This document shows positions 40,975-50,835 of a stretch of DNA of 64,000 nt, one piece after another. Below the pieces are notes generated by a model that was not told the DNA's origin, ran no database searches, and was given only the letters and a program-made list of their open reading frames with translations. The DNA comes from Omnitrophica WOR_2 bacterium RIFOXYA2_FULL_38_17 (lineage in GTDB: Bacteria > Omnitrophota > Gorgyraeia > Zapsychrales > Zapsychraceae), in NCBI GenBank assembly GCA_001805965.1, contig MHHG01000055.1, positions 3,680-67,679 of the forward strand. The letters are read 5' to 3'. The number at the start of each line of letters is the position of its first letter. Positions within the stretch are counted from its first letter, which is position 1. The position numbers and the translations under genes are program-made.

Positions 40975-42402
40975 CTATGATCTTTTTAGGAGTTTTTCGC
41001 CAATCTTAATTAACTCCTTGGCTTTTTTCAATGACTTCGCTTCAGAATAAGCCCTTACAAGAGGCTCCGTCCCTGACGGTCTTAACATAAGCCAGCTACC
41101 ATCGTCACATATAAGTTTTATTCCGTCATAATCTTTGACTTCAACAACCTTTCTGCCTAAAAGCGTTTTCAGGGACTTGATATCCTTTTCATTATACGCT
41201 TTTAAGTCAACCTCAACATCAGAGCGCTCATAATAATATCGTCCAAACTCTTTTTCCATGTCTTGCAAAATTTGTTTGATATTCTTCTTCTCTATAACCA
41301 TCATTTCCAGCAACAGTAAACCTGCCAACGTGCCATCTCTTTCCGGAATATAATCCTGAACACCAATTCCGCCTGCTTCCTCCCCGCCACAAACAATCTC
41401 TTCATTAATCATAAGATCAGAAACATACTTAAACCCTACAGGTGTCTCATATAATTTTAAACCTAATTTTTTAGCAATATTGTCAATCATCATTGAACCA
41501 CAAGTAGTTTTAACAACCCCACCCTTTCGGCCACAATTTCTAACCAGATGCAATATCAAAAGGCCTAATATCTTTTGAGGGCTGATAAACTCTCCTCCTG
41601 GCGCAACGGCTGCTATTCTATCCGCATCACCATCTAGAACCAAACCCAGATCAAACTTTTCATCTTTAACTCTTTTTAATATTTCAGTCAAGTACTCTAC
41701 TACAGGCTCTGGTTTCGTCCCTGCAAAAGAGGGATTAACCTCAGAGCGCATAAGCGACAGGTCTATTTTTCCACCTTTTAATACTTCTTCAAGTATTCTT
41801 CCTCCACTACCATGCATAACATCCTGAATCACTTTAAATTTAGCATTTTTAATCTTTTTAAGATCAATGTAACTTTTCATGAACTTAAGATAATCAGTTT
41901 TAAAATCAAAGATCTCGATCTTCTTTTCTTTAATAGCCTGATCCAAATCAATATCCTGAACTTTTGTCTTTCCTAAAAATTCTTCAACTTTATCAGTAAC
42001 TTCTTTTGGAGCACCTCCACCAAGGCTTGTTTTTATCTTGATCCCGTTAAATTTTGCAGGATTGTGGCTTGCTGTGATCATTATACCGGCAACACCTTTT
42101 ACTTGAACCACTCCATAACTTAGTGCCGGAGTTGGAATCGCTTTATCAGAAAGGTATACTTTGATATTATTTTTAGCTAAAACACAGCTTACGATCTGAG
42201 CATACTCTTTTGATAAAAATCTAGTATCATATCCGATTGCAACATGGTTCCTTTTCCCTTTGGAAGCCTTAAAATCTTTTATTATCCATTCGCTTATTGC
42301 CTGTCCAACGATAGCAACATTCTTGAATGTAAAATTATCAGATATAACCCCTCTCCAACCATCAGTACCAAATTTAATTTCACTTCTCAATTCTTTTATC
42401 AT
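40975..42402 (-). CDS. Phosphoglucomutase/phosphomannomutase (alpha-D-phosphohexomutase family)
   Basis: GTDGWRG, an active-site TASHNP serine loop and DGDADR metal-binding loop. Confidence 0.85.
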   Translation of the reverse strand: MIKELRSEIKFGTDGWRGVISDNFTFKNVAIVGQAISEWIIKDFKASKGKRNHVAIGYDTRFLSKEYAQIVSCVLAKNNIKVYLSDKAIPTPALSYGVVQVKGVAGIMITASHNPAKFNGIKIKTSLGGGAPKEVTDKVEEFLGKTKVQDIDLDQAIKEKKIEIFDFKTDYLKFMKSYIDLKKIKNAKFKVIQDVMHGSGGRILEEVLKGGKIDLSLMRSEVNPSFAGTKPEPVVEYLTEILKRVKDEKFDLGLVLDGDADRIAAVAPGGEFISPQKILGLLILHLVRNCGRKGGVVKTTCGSMMIDNIAKKLGLKLYETPVGFKYVSDLMINEEIVCGGEEAGGIGVQDYIPERDGTLAGLLLLEMMVIEKKNIKQILQDMEKEFGRYYYERSDVEVDLKAYNEKDIKSLKTLLGRKVVEVKDYDGIKLICDDGSWLMLRPSGTEPLVRAYSEAKSLKKAKELIKIGEKLLKRS

Positions 42403-42432
42403 AGCCGCTCCTCAAAAAGTTTATTTAAATAG

Positions 42433-43005
42433 TTAAACGTATAGTTTTTTTCTCTTAATATATTCGAGAACCTTTTCCGGCAAGAAATATTTAACAGTTT
42501 TGCCAAGCCTTAAACATCTTCTGACCGATGATGATGATATGTCTAATCCTGGCATCTCAATAGTCCTAACCTTTATCTTTGAATCTTCCACATTAATGCC
42601 TGGACGATTAACAACAACAAAATCAGCAAGTTTTACTATATTGTCAATATGCTTCCAAGTATCCAGCTTGGCAAAGGAATCTTCTCCTATAATAAAGTAC
42701 AATTTTGCTTTCCCAAGATACAAATTATAAAAATGCTCAACTGTATCTATGCTATATGACCTTCCTTCTCTGTTAATTTCAAAATCAGAAATATCAAAAT
42801 ACGGATTACCTTCAATCGCCATTTGCACCATATGATATCTCTGAGCTGAAGGAAGAACATTCTTGCTACTTTTATGCGGTGGAAGATTTGACGGAACAAA
42901 AAAGACCTTGTCTAAACCCAAATTCTCCCTTGCTCTCTGAGCAATTGCCAGATGACCTATGTGTACAGGATTAAATGTGCCTCCAAGAATTCCAATTCGC
43001 TTCAT
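42433..43005 (-). CDS. nadD: Nicotinate-nucleotide adenylyltransferase
   Basis: GILGGTFNPVHIGHL (HxGH nucleotidyltransferase motif). Confidence 0.85.
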   Translation of the reverse strand: MKRIGILGGTFNPVHIGHLAIAQRARENLGLDKVFFVPSNLPPHKSSKNVLPSAQRYHMVQMAIEGNPYFDISDFEINREGRSYSIDTVEHFYNLYLGKAKLYFIIGEDSFAKLDTWKHIDNIVKLADFVVVNRPGINVEDSKIKVRTIEMPGLDISSSSVRRCLRLGKTVKYFLPEKVLEYIKRKKLYV

Positions 43006-43033
43006 CAGCTTCTCTCATTCTCCGGTAAATAAC

Positions 43034-44299
43034 TTATTGCCTTATCTGGCCTTGACCATAAACCATATACTTGTAAGTAGTGAGCTCTTCAAGGGCCATT
43101 GGGCCTCTTGCATGCAATTTATCTGTACTAATTCCTATTTCCGCGCCAAACCCGAATTCATATCCATCAGTAAATCTTGTTGAAGCATTAACATATAAAC
43201 ATGCTGAGTCTACTGATCTTAAAAAGATATCCGCTTCTTTTTTGTCGTTTGTAATTATCGCATCTGAATGCTGGGAGCCATATTTATTAACATGTTCTAT
43301 AGCATGCTTAACATCATCAACAACTTTTACGGACAATATCAGATCCAGATACTCTTCCTTCCAATCTTGTTCCGTAGCTAATTTTGCACTTTTAATTATC
43401 TCTTTTGTTTTCTTGCATCCCCTGATCTCAACTCCCGCCTCTAGCAATTCAGACACTATCTCCGGCAAATATTTCTTCGCAATTCCCTTATGAACAAGCA
43501 TTGTTTCCATAGCATTGCAAACGCCTGGCCTTTGAACCTTTGCATTAAAACATATTGCCCTCGCCATTTCAAGGTCAGCTTTATTGCTAACATATGTATG
43601 GCACACTCCCTTATAATGTTTTATTACAGGAATAGTTGAATTCTCTGCAACAAATCTGATGAGGCTTTCACCCCCGCGTGGAACAATAAGGTCAACATGG
43701 TCATTAAGACCGAGCAGAACATTAACGGCTGCCCTGTCAGCTGAGTCAACCAATTGAATTGCATCTGCTGGAATCTTTGTTTTCTTTAAAGCATTTTTCA
43801 TAACCGAAAAAATAGCCTTGTTTGAATAAAAAGCCTCTTTTCCACCTTTAAGTATTACAGCATTTCCTGACTTTAAGCACAGCCCGATACAATCGCTAGC
43901 AACATTAGGTCGCGATTCGTAAATAATACCAATAACACCTATCGGTGTTCTTACTTTTTTAATATTTAGTCCGTTAGGCCTTTTGAACGAAGCGATAACA
44001 TCCCCGACCGGATCTTTGAGTTTTGCAATATCCAATAAGCACTTGACCATGCCCTGAACCCTTTTATCATCAAGCAACAGCCTGTCGATCAATGCTTTTG
44101 AATAACCCTGCTTTTCTGCAAAAACAATATCCTTATTATTCTCTTTTTTCAAATATTCAGTATTATCCTTAATTGCTTTAGCCAAGGACCTTATAGCAAT
44201 GTTCTTAACAGATGTCGATACAAGTGAAAGCTCAAGCGAAGCACTCTTGGCTTTTTTAGCCATTGCTAATACATCTTTTCTCGCATTACTATTTTTCAT
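43034..44299 (-). CDS. proA: Gamma-glutamyl phosphate reductase (glutamate-5-semialdehyde dehydrogenase)
   Basis: The 421-aa ORF is an ALDH-like fold with the ProA signature and is adjacent to proB. Confidence 0.9.
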   Translation of the reverse strand: MKNSNARKDVLAMAKKAKSASLELSLVSTSVKNIAIRSLAKAIKDNTEYLKKENNKDIVFAEKQGYSKALIDRLLLDDKRVQGMVKCLLDIAKLKDPVGDVIASFKRPNGLNIKKVRTPIGVIGIIYESRPNVASDCIGLCLKSGNAVILKGGKEAFYSNKAIFSVMKNALKKTKIPADAIQLVDSADRAAVNVLLGLNDHVDLIVPRGGESLIRFVAENSTIPVIKHYKGVCHTYVSNKADLEMARAICFNAKVQRPGVCNAMETMLVHKGIAKKYLPEIVSELLEAGVEIRGCKKTKEIIKSAKLATEQDWKEEYLDLILSVKVVDDVKHAIEHVNKYGSQHSDAIITNDKKEADIFLRSVDSACLYVNASTRFTDGYEFGFGAEIGISTDKLHARGPMALEELTTYKYMVYGQGQIRQ

Positions 44300-44320
44300 A
44301 AAATCACCTGAGGATGGTTC

Positions 44321-45409
44321 TTATCTTTTGCATAAGACCAAATTGTCCCGATGTATGGCCTCTAACTTGCCTTTTTTATCTTTGATCTTCTGAAGCTCTG
44401 TCATTGAATAACTGACAACGCCACGTGCGATCTCATTCTTTGACTTGTCCTGAACTACGACAATATCATCCTTCTTAAAATGTCCATCCCACGAAACTAT
44501 ACCAGGAAGAAGAAGGCTCCTTCCACCTTTTAGCAGGGCATCCTTAGCACCGTCATCCACGATCAGAACTCCCTTTGGTTTTACTCCAAATGAGATCCAA
44601 TGTTTACGCGCTAGTAGCTTCTCCTTTTTCTCCAAAAAAAATGTTCCTATTCGCTCTCCCGTCAATATTCTCAACAAAACGTTTTCTGTCTTTCCATTTG
44701 CTATAATACACGGAATATTTGCCTGTGTTGCGATCTTAACCGCTTCTAACTTTGCTTTCATTCCACCTTTTGAAATATGTTTTTTTACTTCTCCTGATGC
44801 AATGCCTTCAATCTCTCCAGTAATCTCCTGGATCTCTTCAAATATTTTTTTGTCCTTACTGTTGAGATCATACAGTCCATCAACATCAGAAAGCATTACA
44901 AGAAGGTCTGCATGTACCAAACTAGCAACTAAAGAAGAGAGCCTATCATTATCACCAAACTTAATTTCATCAGTAGAGATAGTATCATTCTCATTTATTA
45001 TTGGAATAATATCCATATTTAACAGCGCTTGTAAAGTATTGCGTGCGTTATTAAATCTGGTGCGACTATCAAAGTCCTCCCAAGTCAATAAGACTTGAGC
45101 ACATTTTGATTTGGACTTGGCAAATAGCTCATTATACTTTTTCATAAGAACCGTTTGCCCTATTGCAGCTAATGCCTGAATGGAAGCAAGATCTCCTGGG
45201 CGAGTTTTATGGTTCAACTCACCCATACCTAGAACAATAGCACCTGAACTAACAAGAACCACTTCAATACCGTTCTTCTTAAGTTCACAAATCTGCTCTG
45301 ACAAAGAACGCAACTGTGCTGTTCTTGGCTTCATCTTGTAAGTTGCGATAACGCTAGAACCAATTTTTACAACTATTCTTCTGATCTTTCGAGGGAATTT
45401 TCTAGACAT
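44321..45409 (-). CDS. proB: Glutamate 5-kinase with C-terminal PUA domain
   Basis: Amino-acid kinase fold (VVKIGSSVI) plus a PUA domain. Confidence 0.9.
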   Translation of the reverse strand: MSRKFPRKIRRIVVKIGSSVIATYKMKPRTAQLRSLSEQICELKKNGIEVVLVSSGAIVLGMGELNHKTRPGDLASIQALAAIGQTVLMKKYNELFAKSKSKCAQVLLTWEDFDSRTRFNNARNTLQALLNMDIIPIINENDTISTDEIKFGDNDRLSSLVASLVHADLLVMLSDVDGLYDLNSKDKKIFEEIQEITGEIEGIASGEVKKHISKGGMKAKLEAVKIATQANIPCIIANGKTENVLLRILTGERIGTFFLEKKEKLLARKHWISFGVKPKGVLIVDDGAKDALLKGGRSLLLPGIVSWDGHFKKDDIVVVQDKSKNEIARGVVSYSMTELQKIKDKKGKLEAIHRDNLVLCKR

Positions 45410-46365
45410 AAAGTATCTCTTATTTCGTTGACTAGCTCATCCAAACCAACATTATTTAATGCAGAAACAACAAGAATCTTCTCTTTAAATTTCTTTCTAA
45501 ATCTATCGAGATTCTCTTGGGCTCCAGGCAAATCAATCTTATTTGCAACAACTATACGTTTTTTCAAGCTCAAAAGATCACTGAACTCTCTAAGCTCATG
45601 ATTTAACTGCTCATAATCTTCCAGAGGGTCCCTTTGGTCCTCAGCTGCCATATCAATAACATGGACAAGGATCTTTGTCCTTTCAGCATGCCTTAAAAAC
45701 TTGTCGCCAATACCTTTACCTTTATGCGCACCTTCAATTATTCCAGGCAGGTCAGCAATAACAAAACTTGATTCATCATCATTCTGAACAATACCTAAAA
45801 TAGGTTTTTTTGTTGTAAAAGGATAGCTTGCAATTTTGGATTTTACTCTCGAGATATTTGAGATTATGGTAGATTTTCCAGCATTGGGAAAGCCAACTAT
45901 TCCAACATCAGCAATTAATTTCAATTCAAGGCTTATCGTTCTCTCTTCACCCTTACCTGGAGGCTTAGGGACTTTTTTCTGGCCGTTACCAATTCCGCCA
46001 CAACCCCCTTTTGCAACAGCAATCAACTGGCCGTCTTCGACCAAATCCCTGATCAATAATCCTGTTTCTGCATCTTTAATAATAGTACCCATTGGCACTC
46101 TTAAAATACAGTTTTGTCCAGTTCTGCCCTGCTTGCCTTTACTGCTTGCATTGCCACCTTTGCTAGCTTTATGATGTTGTTTGAACTTAAAATCCAGTAA
46201 TGTCTGAACACTGCGAGAAGCGACAAAAAGTACGTCACCTCCCTTACCGCCATCCCCGCCATCTGGTCTTGGATGACGCATATATTTATCTCTGTAAAAG
46301 CTTTCACATCCTTTGCCGCCATCTCCAGCTTTTAAGAAGATTCTTGCTTCATCAATAAATATCAT
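45373..46365 (-). CDS. obg: GTPase Obg/CgtA
   Basis: Gly-rich Obg fold (GGDGGKGG) and a GTPase domain (GFPNAGKST). Confidence 0.9.
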   Translation of the reverse strand: MIFIDEARIFLKAGDGGKGCESFYRDKYMRHPRPDGGDGGKGGDVLFVASRSVQTLLDFKFKQHHKASKGGNASSKGKQGRTGQNCILRVPMGTIIKDAETGLLIRDLVEDGQLIAVAKGGCGGIGNGQKKVPKPPGKGEERTISLELKLIADVGIVGFPNAGKSTIISNISRVKSKIASYPFTTKKPILGIVQNDDESSFVIADLPGIIEGAHKGKGIGDKFLRHAERTKILVHVIDMAAEDQRDPLEDYEQLNHELREFSDLLSLKKRIVVANKIDLPGAQENLDRFRKKFKEKILVVSALNNVGLDELVNEIRDTLCLENSLERSEE

Positions 46366-46370
46366 TATAT

Positions 46371-46685
46371 TTATTTAGCGGTAATCTTGGTTATGTTTAA
46401 GGCTGTAAGCTGCTGACGATGACCAGTTTTTTTTGCTGAATCCTTTTTTACTCTGTATTTAAAAGAAATGACTTTGTCTCCTTGAGTTTGCTTTATAACC
46501 TTTGCCTCAACTTTAACGTCAGTAAGATACGGCTGACCAATACGAATATCAGCACCATTTGCAAAAGCTAACACCTTATCAAAAACCAAAGTTTCGCCTT
46601 CCTTTTCTTTTATTCTATTGGCATCAATAAAATCCCCTTCACCTACTTTAAATTGTGCCGACCCTAATTGAACGATTGCGTACAT
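46371..46685 (-). CDS. rplU: 50S ribosomal protein L21
   Basis: MYAIVQLGSAQFKVGEGDFI... is a canonical L21. Confidence 0.9.
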   Translation of the reverse strand: MYAIVQLGSAQFKVGEGDFIDANRIKEKEGETLVFDKVLAFANGADIRIGQPYLTDVKVEAKVIKQTQGDKVISFKYRVKKDSAKKTGHRQQLTALNITKITAK

Positions 46686-46803
46686 TTAATCCTCCTTAAT
46701 ATTAATATCCGAACATCTCTTACTAACTTAGTAATTATTTGTTCATTGTTATAAATTAAGCTAGCTTAATAATTTCGATAGCTAGCATGTATTCTATACC
46801 CGC

Positions 46804-46830
46804 CCAGAACAAAACGGGGCTTTGTTCTGG
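46804..46830 (-). promoter_or_regulatory. 10-bp hairpin CCAGAACAAA-acggggc-TTTGTTCTGG in the rng-rplU intergenic region
   Basis: Read directly from the sequence. No U-tract is present on either strand, so it is a candidate L21-leader, processing or regulatory element. Confidence 0.35.
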
Positions 46831-46940
46831 ATCTATCCTGTCCCAAAATAAGAATAAATCAATTGTTTTGAATCAACAATTGTATCTATGATTTAAACAA
46901 ATGCAAGAATAAATTTTGCTTGAAGAAATATGCAAAGAAA

Positions 46941-48254
46941 CTAAACAGCTTTGATTTTACCTCTTCCGTTACAATAGGGGCACTTTTTAAAGGAAAGCGA
47001 CTCAATATTCTTTCCAGTTCTTGCCCTTGTCATTTCAACCAAACCCAAAGAAGATATCTTGTTTACTTCTGTTTTAGCATGGTCACGTGCTAATGCCCTT
47101 TTAAGAGCTTCAAGCACTTTTCTTTTGTGGTCCTCCCTAACCATGTCAATAAAATCAATGACAATGATACCACCTAAGTCCCTTAAACGCAACTGTCTGG
47201 CAATTTCACCAGCAACTTCCATATTTACCATAAAAGCCGCTTCACCTGGAGAAGCCTTGGTCTTGAACTTGCCGCTGTTAACATCTACAACAATTAAACC
47301 CTCTGTGGGTTCAATAACAATATAGGCTCCGGATTTACAATATACGTTAGTGTTATAAATCTTTTCTAACTCTTTATCAACATTCTTGTGCTCAAAAAGC
47401 GATATGGTCCCCTTGTAAAAATGGATCTTCTCCACCATATGCTTTCCGATAAGAGCTTCAACAAACTTACAAATCTTTTGATATTCTTCTTGAGAATCAA
47501 TTATTAGCTTATCAACTTTTTCTGTCAAGTAATCACGAACGATCTTCCAAGTAAGCTCCCCTTCTTCATATATCAAAGCCGGAGACTGTTCTTGCTCAGA
47601 TTTTTTATATATTTTAGACCATATGTTAGATAAAAATTTCGCGTCTCTTACCAGTTCCCGCTTGCCCTGCTTTAAAGAAGCTGTCCTTATAATAAAACCG
47701 CCTGTTTTTGCGAATGAAAAGCTTTTTATTACCTCTCTTAATCTCTGACGCTCTTCAACACTTTCAATCTTCTTTGATACTCCCGTTTGCTTATCAAAAG
47801 GCATATATACGACAAAGCGCCCAGGAAGAGTAATATGAGTCGTAAGTCTTGCTCCTTTTTCTCCAAACGGATCTTTAACAACTTGAACTAAAACATCTTG
47901 GCCCTCTTTTAAGGTCACATCATCTTTTGGCTTTTTAGTCCTTTTATGCTTTTCCTTTTCATTCTTGCTCATATTAAAGATCTTTTTTATCAATTGCTGT
48001 GGTCCCGAAACATCTTCTTCTATCAATGGACTAACGGCATCTGTCAAATATAGAAATCCATTACGCTTTTGACCAATATTGATAAAAGCTGCATTTATTG
48101 ATGGAAGTATTGATTCTACCCTTCCCTTATAAATGTTGCCCAACAGTGATTGATAGCGGTCTACTTCAATATGAAAATCATCTACCCTGTTGTTTTCTAT
48201 AATAGCAACTTGTCGCTCACTTCTTTTTACTTGAATTAAAATCTCTCTAGACAA
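46941..48254 (-). CDS. rng: Ribonuclease G/E family endoribonuclease
   Basis: N-terminal S1 domain and RNase E/G catalytic core, with a C-terminal CPYCNGRG zinc link. Confidence 0.85.
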   Translation of the reverse strand: MSREILIQVKRSERQVAIIENNRVDDFHIEVDRYQSLLGNIYKGRVESILPSINAAFINIGQKRNGFLYLTDAVSPLIEEDVSGPQQLIKKIFNMSKNEKEKHKRTKKPKDDVTLKEGQDVLVQVVKDPFGEKGARLTTHITLPGRFVVYMPFDKQTGVSKKIESVEERQRLREVIKSFSFAKTGGFIIRTASLKQGKRELVRDAKFLSNIWSKIYKKSEQEQSPALIYEEGELTWKIVRDYLTEKVDKLIIDSQEEYQKICKFVEALIGKHMVEKIHFYKGTISLFEHKNVDKELEKIYNTNVYCKSGAYIVIEPTEGLIVVDVNSGKFKTKASPGEAAFMVNMEVAGEIARQLRLRDLGGIIVIDFIDMVREDHKRKVLEALKRALARDHAKTEVNKISSLGLVEMTRARTGKNIESLSFKKCPYCNGRGKIKAV

Positions 48255-48444
48255 AACACCACCTACTTCTTTCTTTATTAAAATTACAAAAATTATTAAT
48301 CAACAATCAGCCTTATACTAGTCGATTTCCCAGAAAAACCAAGCATTTTTTTACAGAACAGGTAATTATAGAAATTCCTGCCCACCCAAAAAAAATAAAA
48401 GGCAATAGCCATTCTTTTTTCAAAAACCTTATTCATCCAACCAC

Positions 48445-49860
48445 TTACAACTCAGAAGATACCTCAGGAGTGATAATAGTTGGCGTAATAAAGATCAACA
48501 AATCAGTTTTATCTACATCCTTAGATGTTTTGGTAAATAGCTTTCCCAATATCGGGATATCTCCTAAAAATGGCACCTTTTTCTTTACATCTACAGCTTT
48601 ATCCTTAACTAAACCGCCAATTACCAAAGTTTCTCCATCCTTTACCATTACTTTAGTAGAAGCTTGCTCAATGCTTAGTTTTGGAACTGCAGAACCACTT
48701 GCCGCATCTGTAACGTCACCTAAATTATCAGTTATACTTGGCTCAACATCAAGCGTAATAATCCCTGCAGCCAAGCTAACGTGCGGGGTAACTTTCAAAA
48801 CTATTCCTATCTTTTTATACTCCCAGCCTGATAACTGCCAACTTCCAGTTTCATCGTTAAAAAACTTCAATGGGTATGGGTGCTCCGTTCCCACATCAAT
48901 CCTTGCTTCATGATTATCCAACGTGACAATTCTAGGATTAGAAAGAATATTCGTATCAGTTCTTTCTGCTAACATTCTGAATACAGCTTGTAAATTAGCA
49001 AAACTAAGTGTTCCATTAGTAATTGCAGAAGCGGTTGATGTTACTCCGCCAGTATCTATATTGGGATTGATATATTTATTATCAATTACAGGAGGTGCGA
49101 ACGGAAATGTATGTGTTATGGAAGAGCCTGTTACACTGGCTTGCGTAGTCCATTCTATTCCTAGCTGTTCAGAATCATCTAAAACTGTCTCAATAATTTT
49201 ACTTTCAATTAAGACTTGTGGAGTAGTCGCATCCAAACCTTTTATAACCTTTGCGATTAAGACTAGCTTGCTTGCTGTATCAGTTACAATTAAAGTATTT
49301 GTTCTTTCATCAAAATTAACATTACCTCTTTCTGATTTCATTTTTTCAAGAGATTCAACGATCTCTGAAGCCCTGCCAAAATTAAGCATGAATATTTCTG
49401 TTTCTAAAGGCTCTTGTTCGGCAAGAAGCAATGAGTCCTCTCTTCTTTTCTTCATGTCTTCAATAGTAGTAACAACAATTATGTTGCCCTTTTGGTCATA
49501 CGCATATCCATATGTTTGCAAAATTACCTCAAGAGCCTGTTTCCAGGGAACATCCTTAAGCTGTATAGTTACAACGCCGATTACTTCAGGGCTCGTAACA
49601 ATATTTATACCGCTTTTAAAAGCAAGTATTTTCAAGACATTCCTGATATCGGCTTCTCGGAAATCCAAGCTTACGTCCCCTCCATCAGACATCATAACAT
49701 CATCTGCAGATTGAGAAGCTCCTTCAACTTCAGATCCAGCAACATTTTGTTTAGCAGGTATTTCTGATCCTTTTTGAGCAAAAACGCACTCAACTCCCAC
49801 AACGGAAATCATTATAAATATTCCTATGATTAGAAAAATCCCTATCTTTTTCCCAGACAT
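48445..49860 (-). CDS. pilQ: Type IV pilus secretin PilQ
   Basis: N-terminal signal/TM, N-domains and a C-terminal secretin domain (VPFLGDIPILGKLF). Confidence 0.85.
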   Translation of the reverse strand: MSGKKIGIFLIIGIFIMISVVGVECVFAQKGSEIPAKQNVAGSEVEGASQSADDVMMSDGGDVSLDFREADIRNVLKILAFKSGINIVTSPEVIGVVTIQLKDVPWKQALEVILQTYGYAYDQKGNIIVVTTIEDMKKRREDSLLLAEQEPLETEIFMLNFGRASEIVESLEKMKSERGNVNFDERTNTLIVTDTASKLVLIAKVIKGLDATTPQVLIESKIIETVLDDSEQLGIEWTTQASVTGSSITHTFPFAPPVIDNKYINPNIDTGGVTSTASAITNGTLSFANLQAVFRMLAERTDTNILSNPRIVTLDNHEARIDVGTEHPYPLKFFNDETGSWQLSGWEYKKIGIVLKVTPHVSLAAGIITLDVEPSITDNLGDVTDAASGSAVPKLSIEQASTKVMVKDGETLVIGGLVKDKAVDVKKKVPFLGDIPILGKLFTKTSKDVDKTDLLIFITPTIITPEVSSEL

Positions 49861-49861
49861 A

Positions 49862-50221
49862 TTATTCCTCCTTTTTTAACTGCAACTCAAAAATCTTGTT
49901 TCCCTTAATAAGATAGACCTTTTCACTTTTAATCTCATGAACAGTAAAGTCTCCTATCTTATCCTTAATCTTGACAATTTTACCGTTAATTATAACAAGA
50001 CTACTATCTCCATCACCTAACATCACACCCTCGAGAGATAGGTCAGAAATTGAAAGACTGTCATCAAAGTTCTCAATAATACCATCAGCGCTCACCAATG
50101 GCAACATCGGATCCCTTTTGCCCTGATCATCATATTTTAAAATATCTTCTTCGGAAAAAGAAACATTTACCGCAATAACGATCAGACAACAAACAATATT
50201 TATGATTTTAATTAACCGCAT
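49862..50221 (-). CDS. PilP-like pilus assembly protein (small secreted beta-domain protein)
   Basis: Signal peptide MRLIKIINIVCCLIVIAVNVSFS and a C-terminal pattern L..G...G......I.G..V..GD.I....V..I....V.L typical of PilP/GspC HR domains. It sits in the pilO-pilQ slot. Confidence 0.45.
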   Translation of the reverse strand: MRLIKIINIVCCLIVIAVNVSFSEEDILKYDDQGKRDPMLPLVSADGIIENFDDSLSISDLSLEGVMLGDGDSSLVIINGKIVKIKDKIGDFTVHEIKSEKVYLIKGNKIFELQLKKEE

Positions 50222-50232
50222 ACATTTTTTCC

Positions 50233-50835
50233 CTATTTTTTACCTTTTAACTCTTCATAAACAACAGCATCCAGTACAATCTCAACTGAATGTTTTTGCT
50301 CTCCCCTTGAAGATATAATGCCAAAAGAGCTGACTTTAAAAAATATGTCCCCGCGCTCAAGTTGGCTTAAAAATCTGCCAAAATCATGATAACCGCTTCT
50401 AGCCTTTATAAGTATAGGCAAACCATAATAACGCCTCTCATCATTCTCTAACAGGATTTTCTGATCTTGCACATCAGGCATGATCTGATCAATCTTAACT
50501 CCGTTATCATCAGCCATGCGAGAAATATTTTCCAGAATAAGAGGAACTTCCTCCTTGAATTTAAGCTTTGCATTTGATTTTGCAACATCCGCTCTTAATC
50601 TTTCAACTTGTACCTGATACTGTTTTGATCTTAAAATATCATCTTTAGCTTTGTTAATATCCTCGGAAAGCAAACGAATTTCCGGGCTTATCTTAGATAA
50701 AGAGGCAATCTGCGGCCTCATAAGAACAAAGTAATCTAAAAGGAAGACTGAAAATAATATGCCGCCCAAAATATAGTAGATAACTTTTTCATCTACACTT
50801 TCTATATAGGACGATATTTTGTTCTGCAATGTCAT
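50233..50835 (-). CDS. pilO: Type IV pilus assembly protein PilO-like
   Basis: Single N-terminal TM, coiled coil and C-terminal alpha/beta domain, in the position between pilN and pilP. Confidence 0.6.
   Translation of the reverse strand: MTLQNKISSYIESVDEKVIYYILGGILFSVFLLDYFVLMRPQIASLSKISPEIRLLSEDINKAKDDILRSKQYQVQVERLRADVAKSNAKLKFKEEVPLILENISRMADDNGVKIDQIMPDVQDQKILLENDERRYYGLPILIKARSGYHDFGRFLSQLERGDIFFKVSSFGIISSRGEQKHSVEIVLDAVVYEELKGKK

Noticed and set aside
46101-46322. 73-aa minus-strand ORF inside obg
   Set aside because: An alternative frame within the conserved Obg coding region.
48255-48444. Possible intrinsic terminator after pilQ (AAGGCAATAGCCATTCTTTTTT)
   Set aside because: Only a 3-bp GGC/GCC stem can form. 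The T-run alone is insufficient, so pilQ may be co-transcribed with rng.
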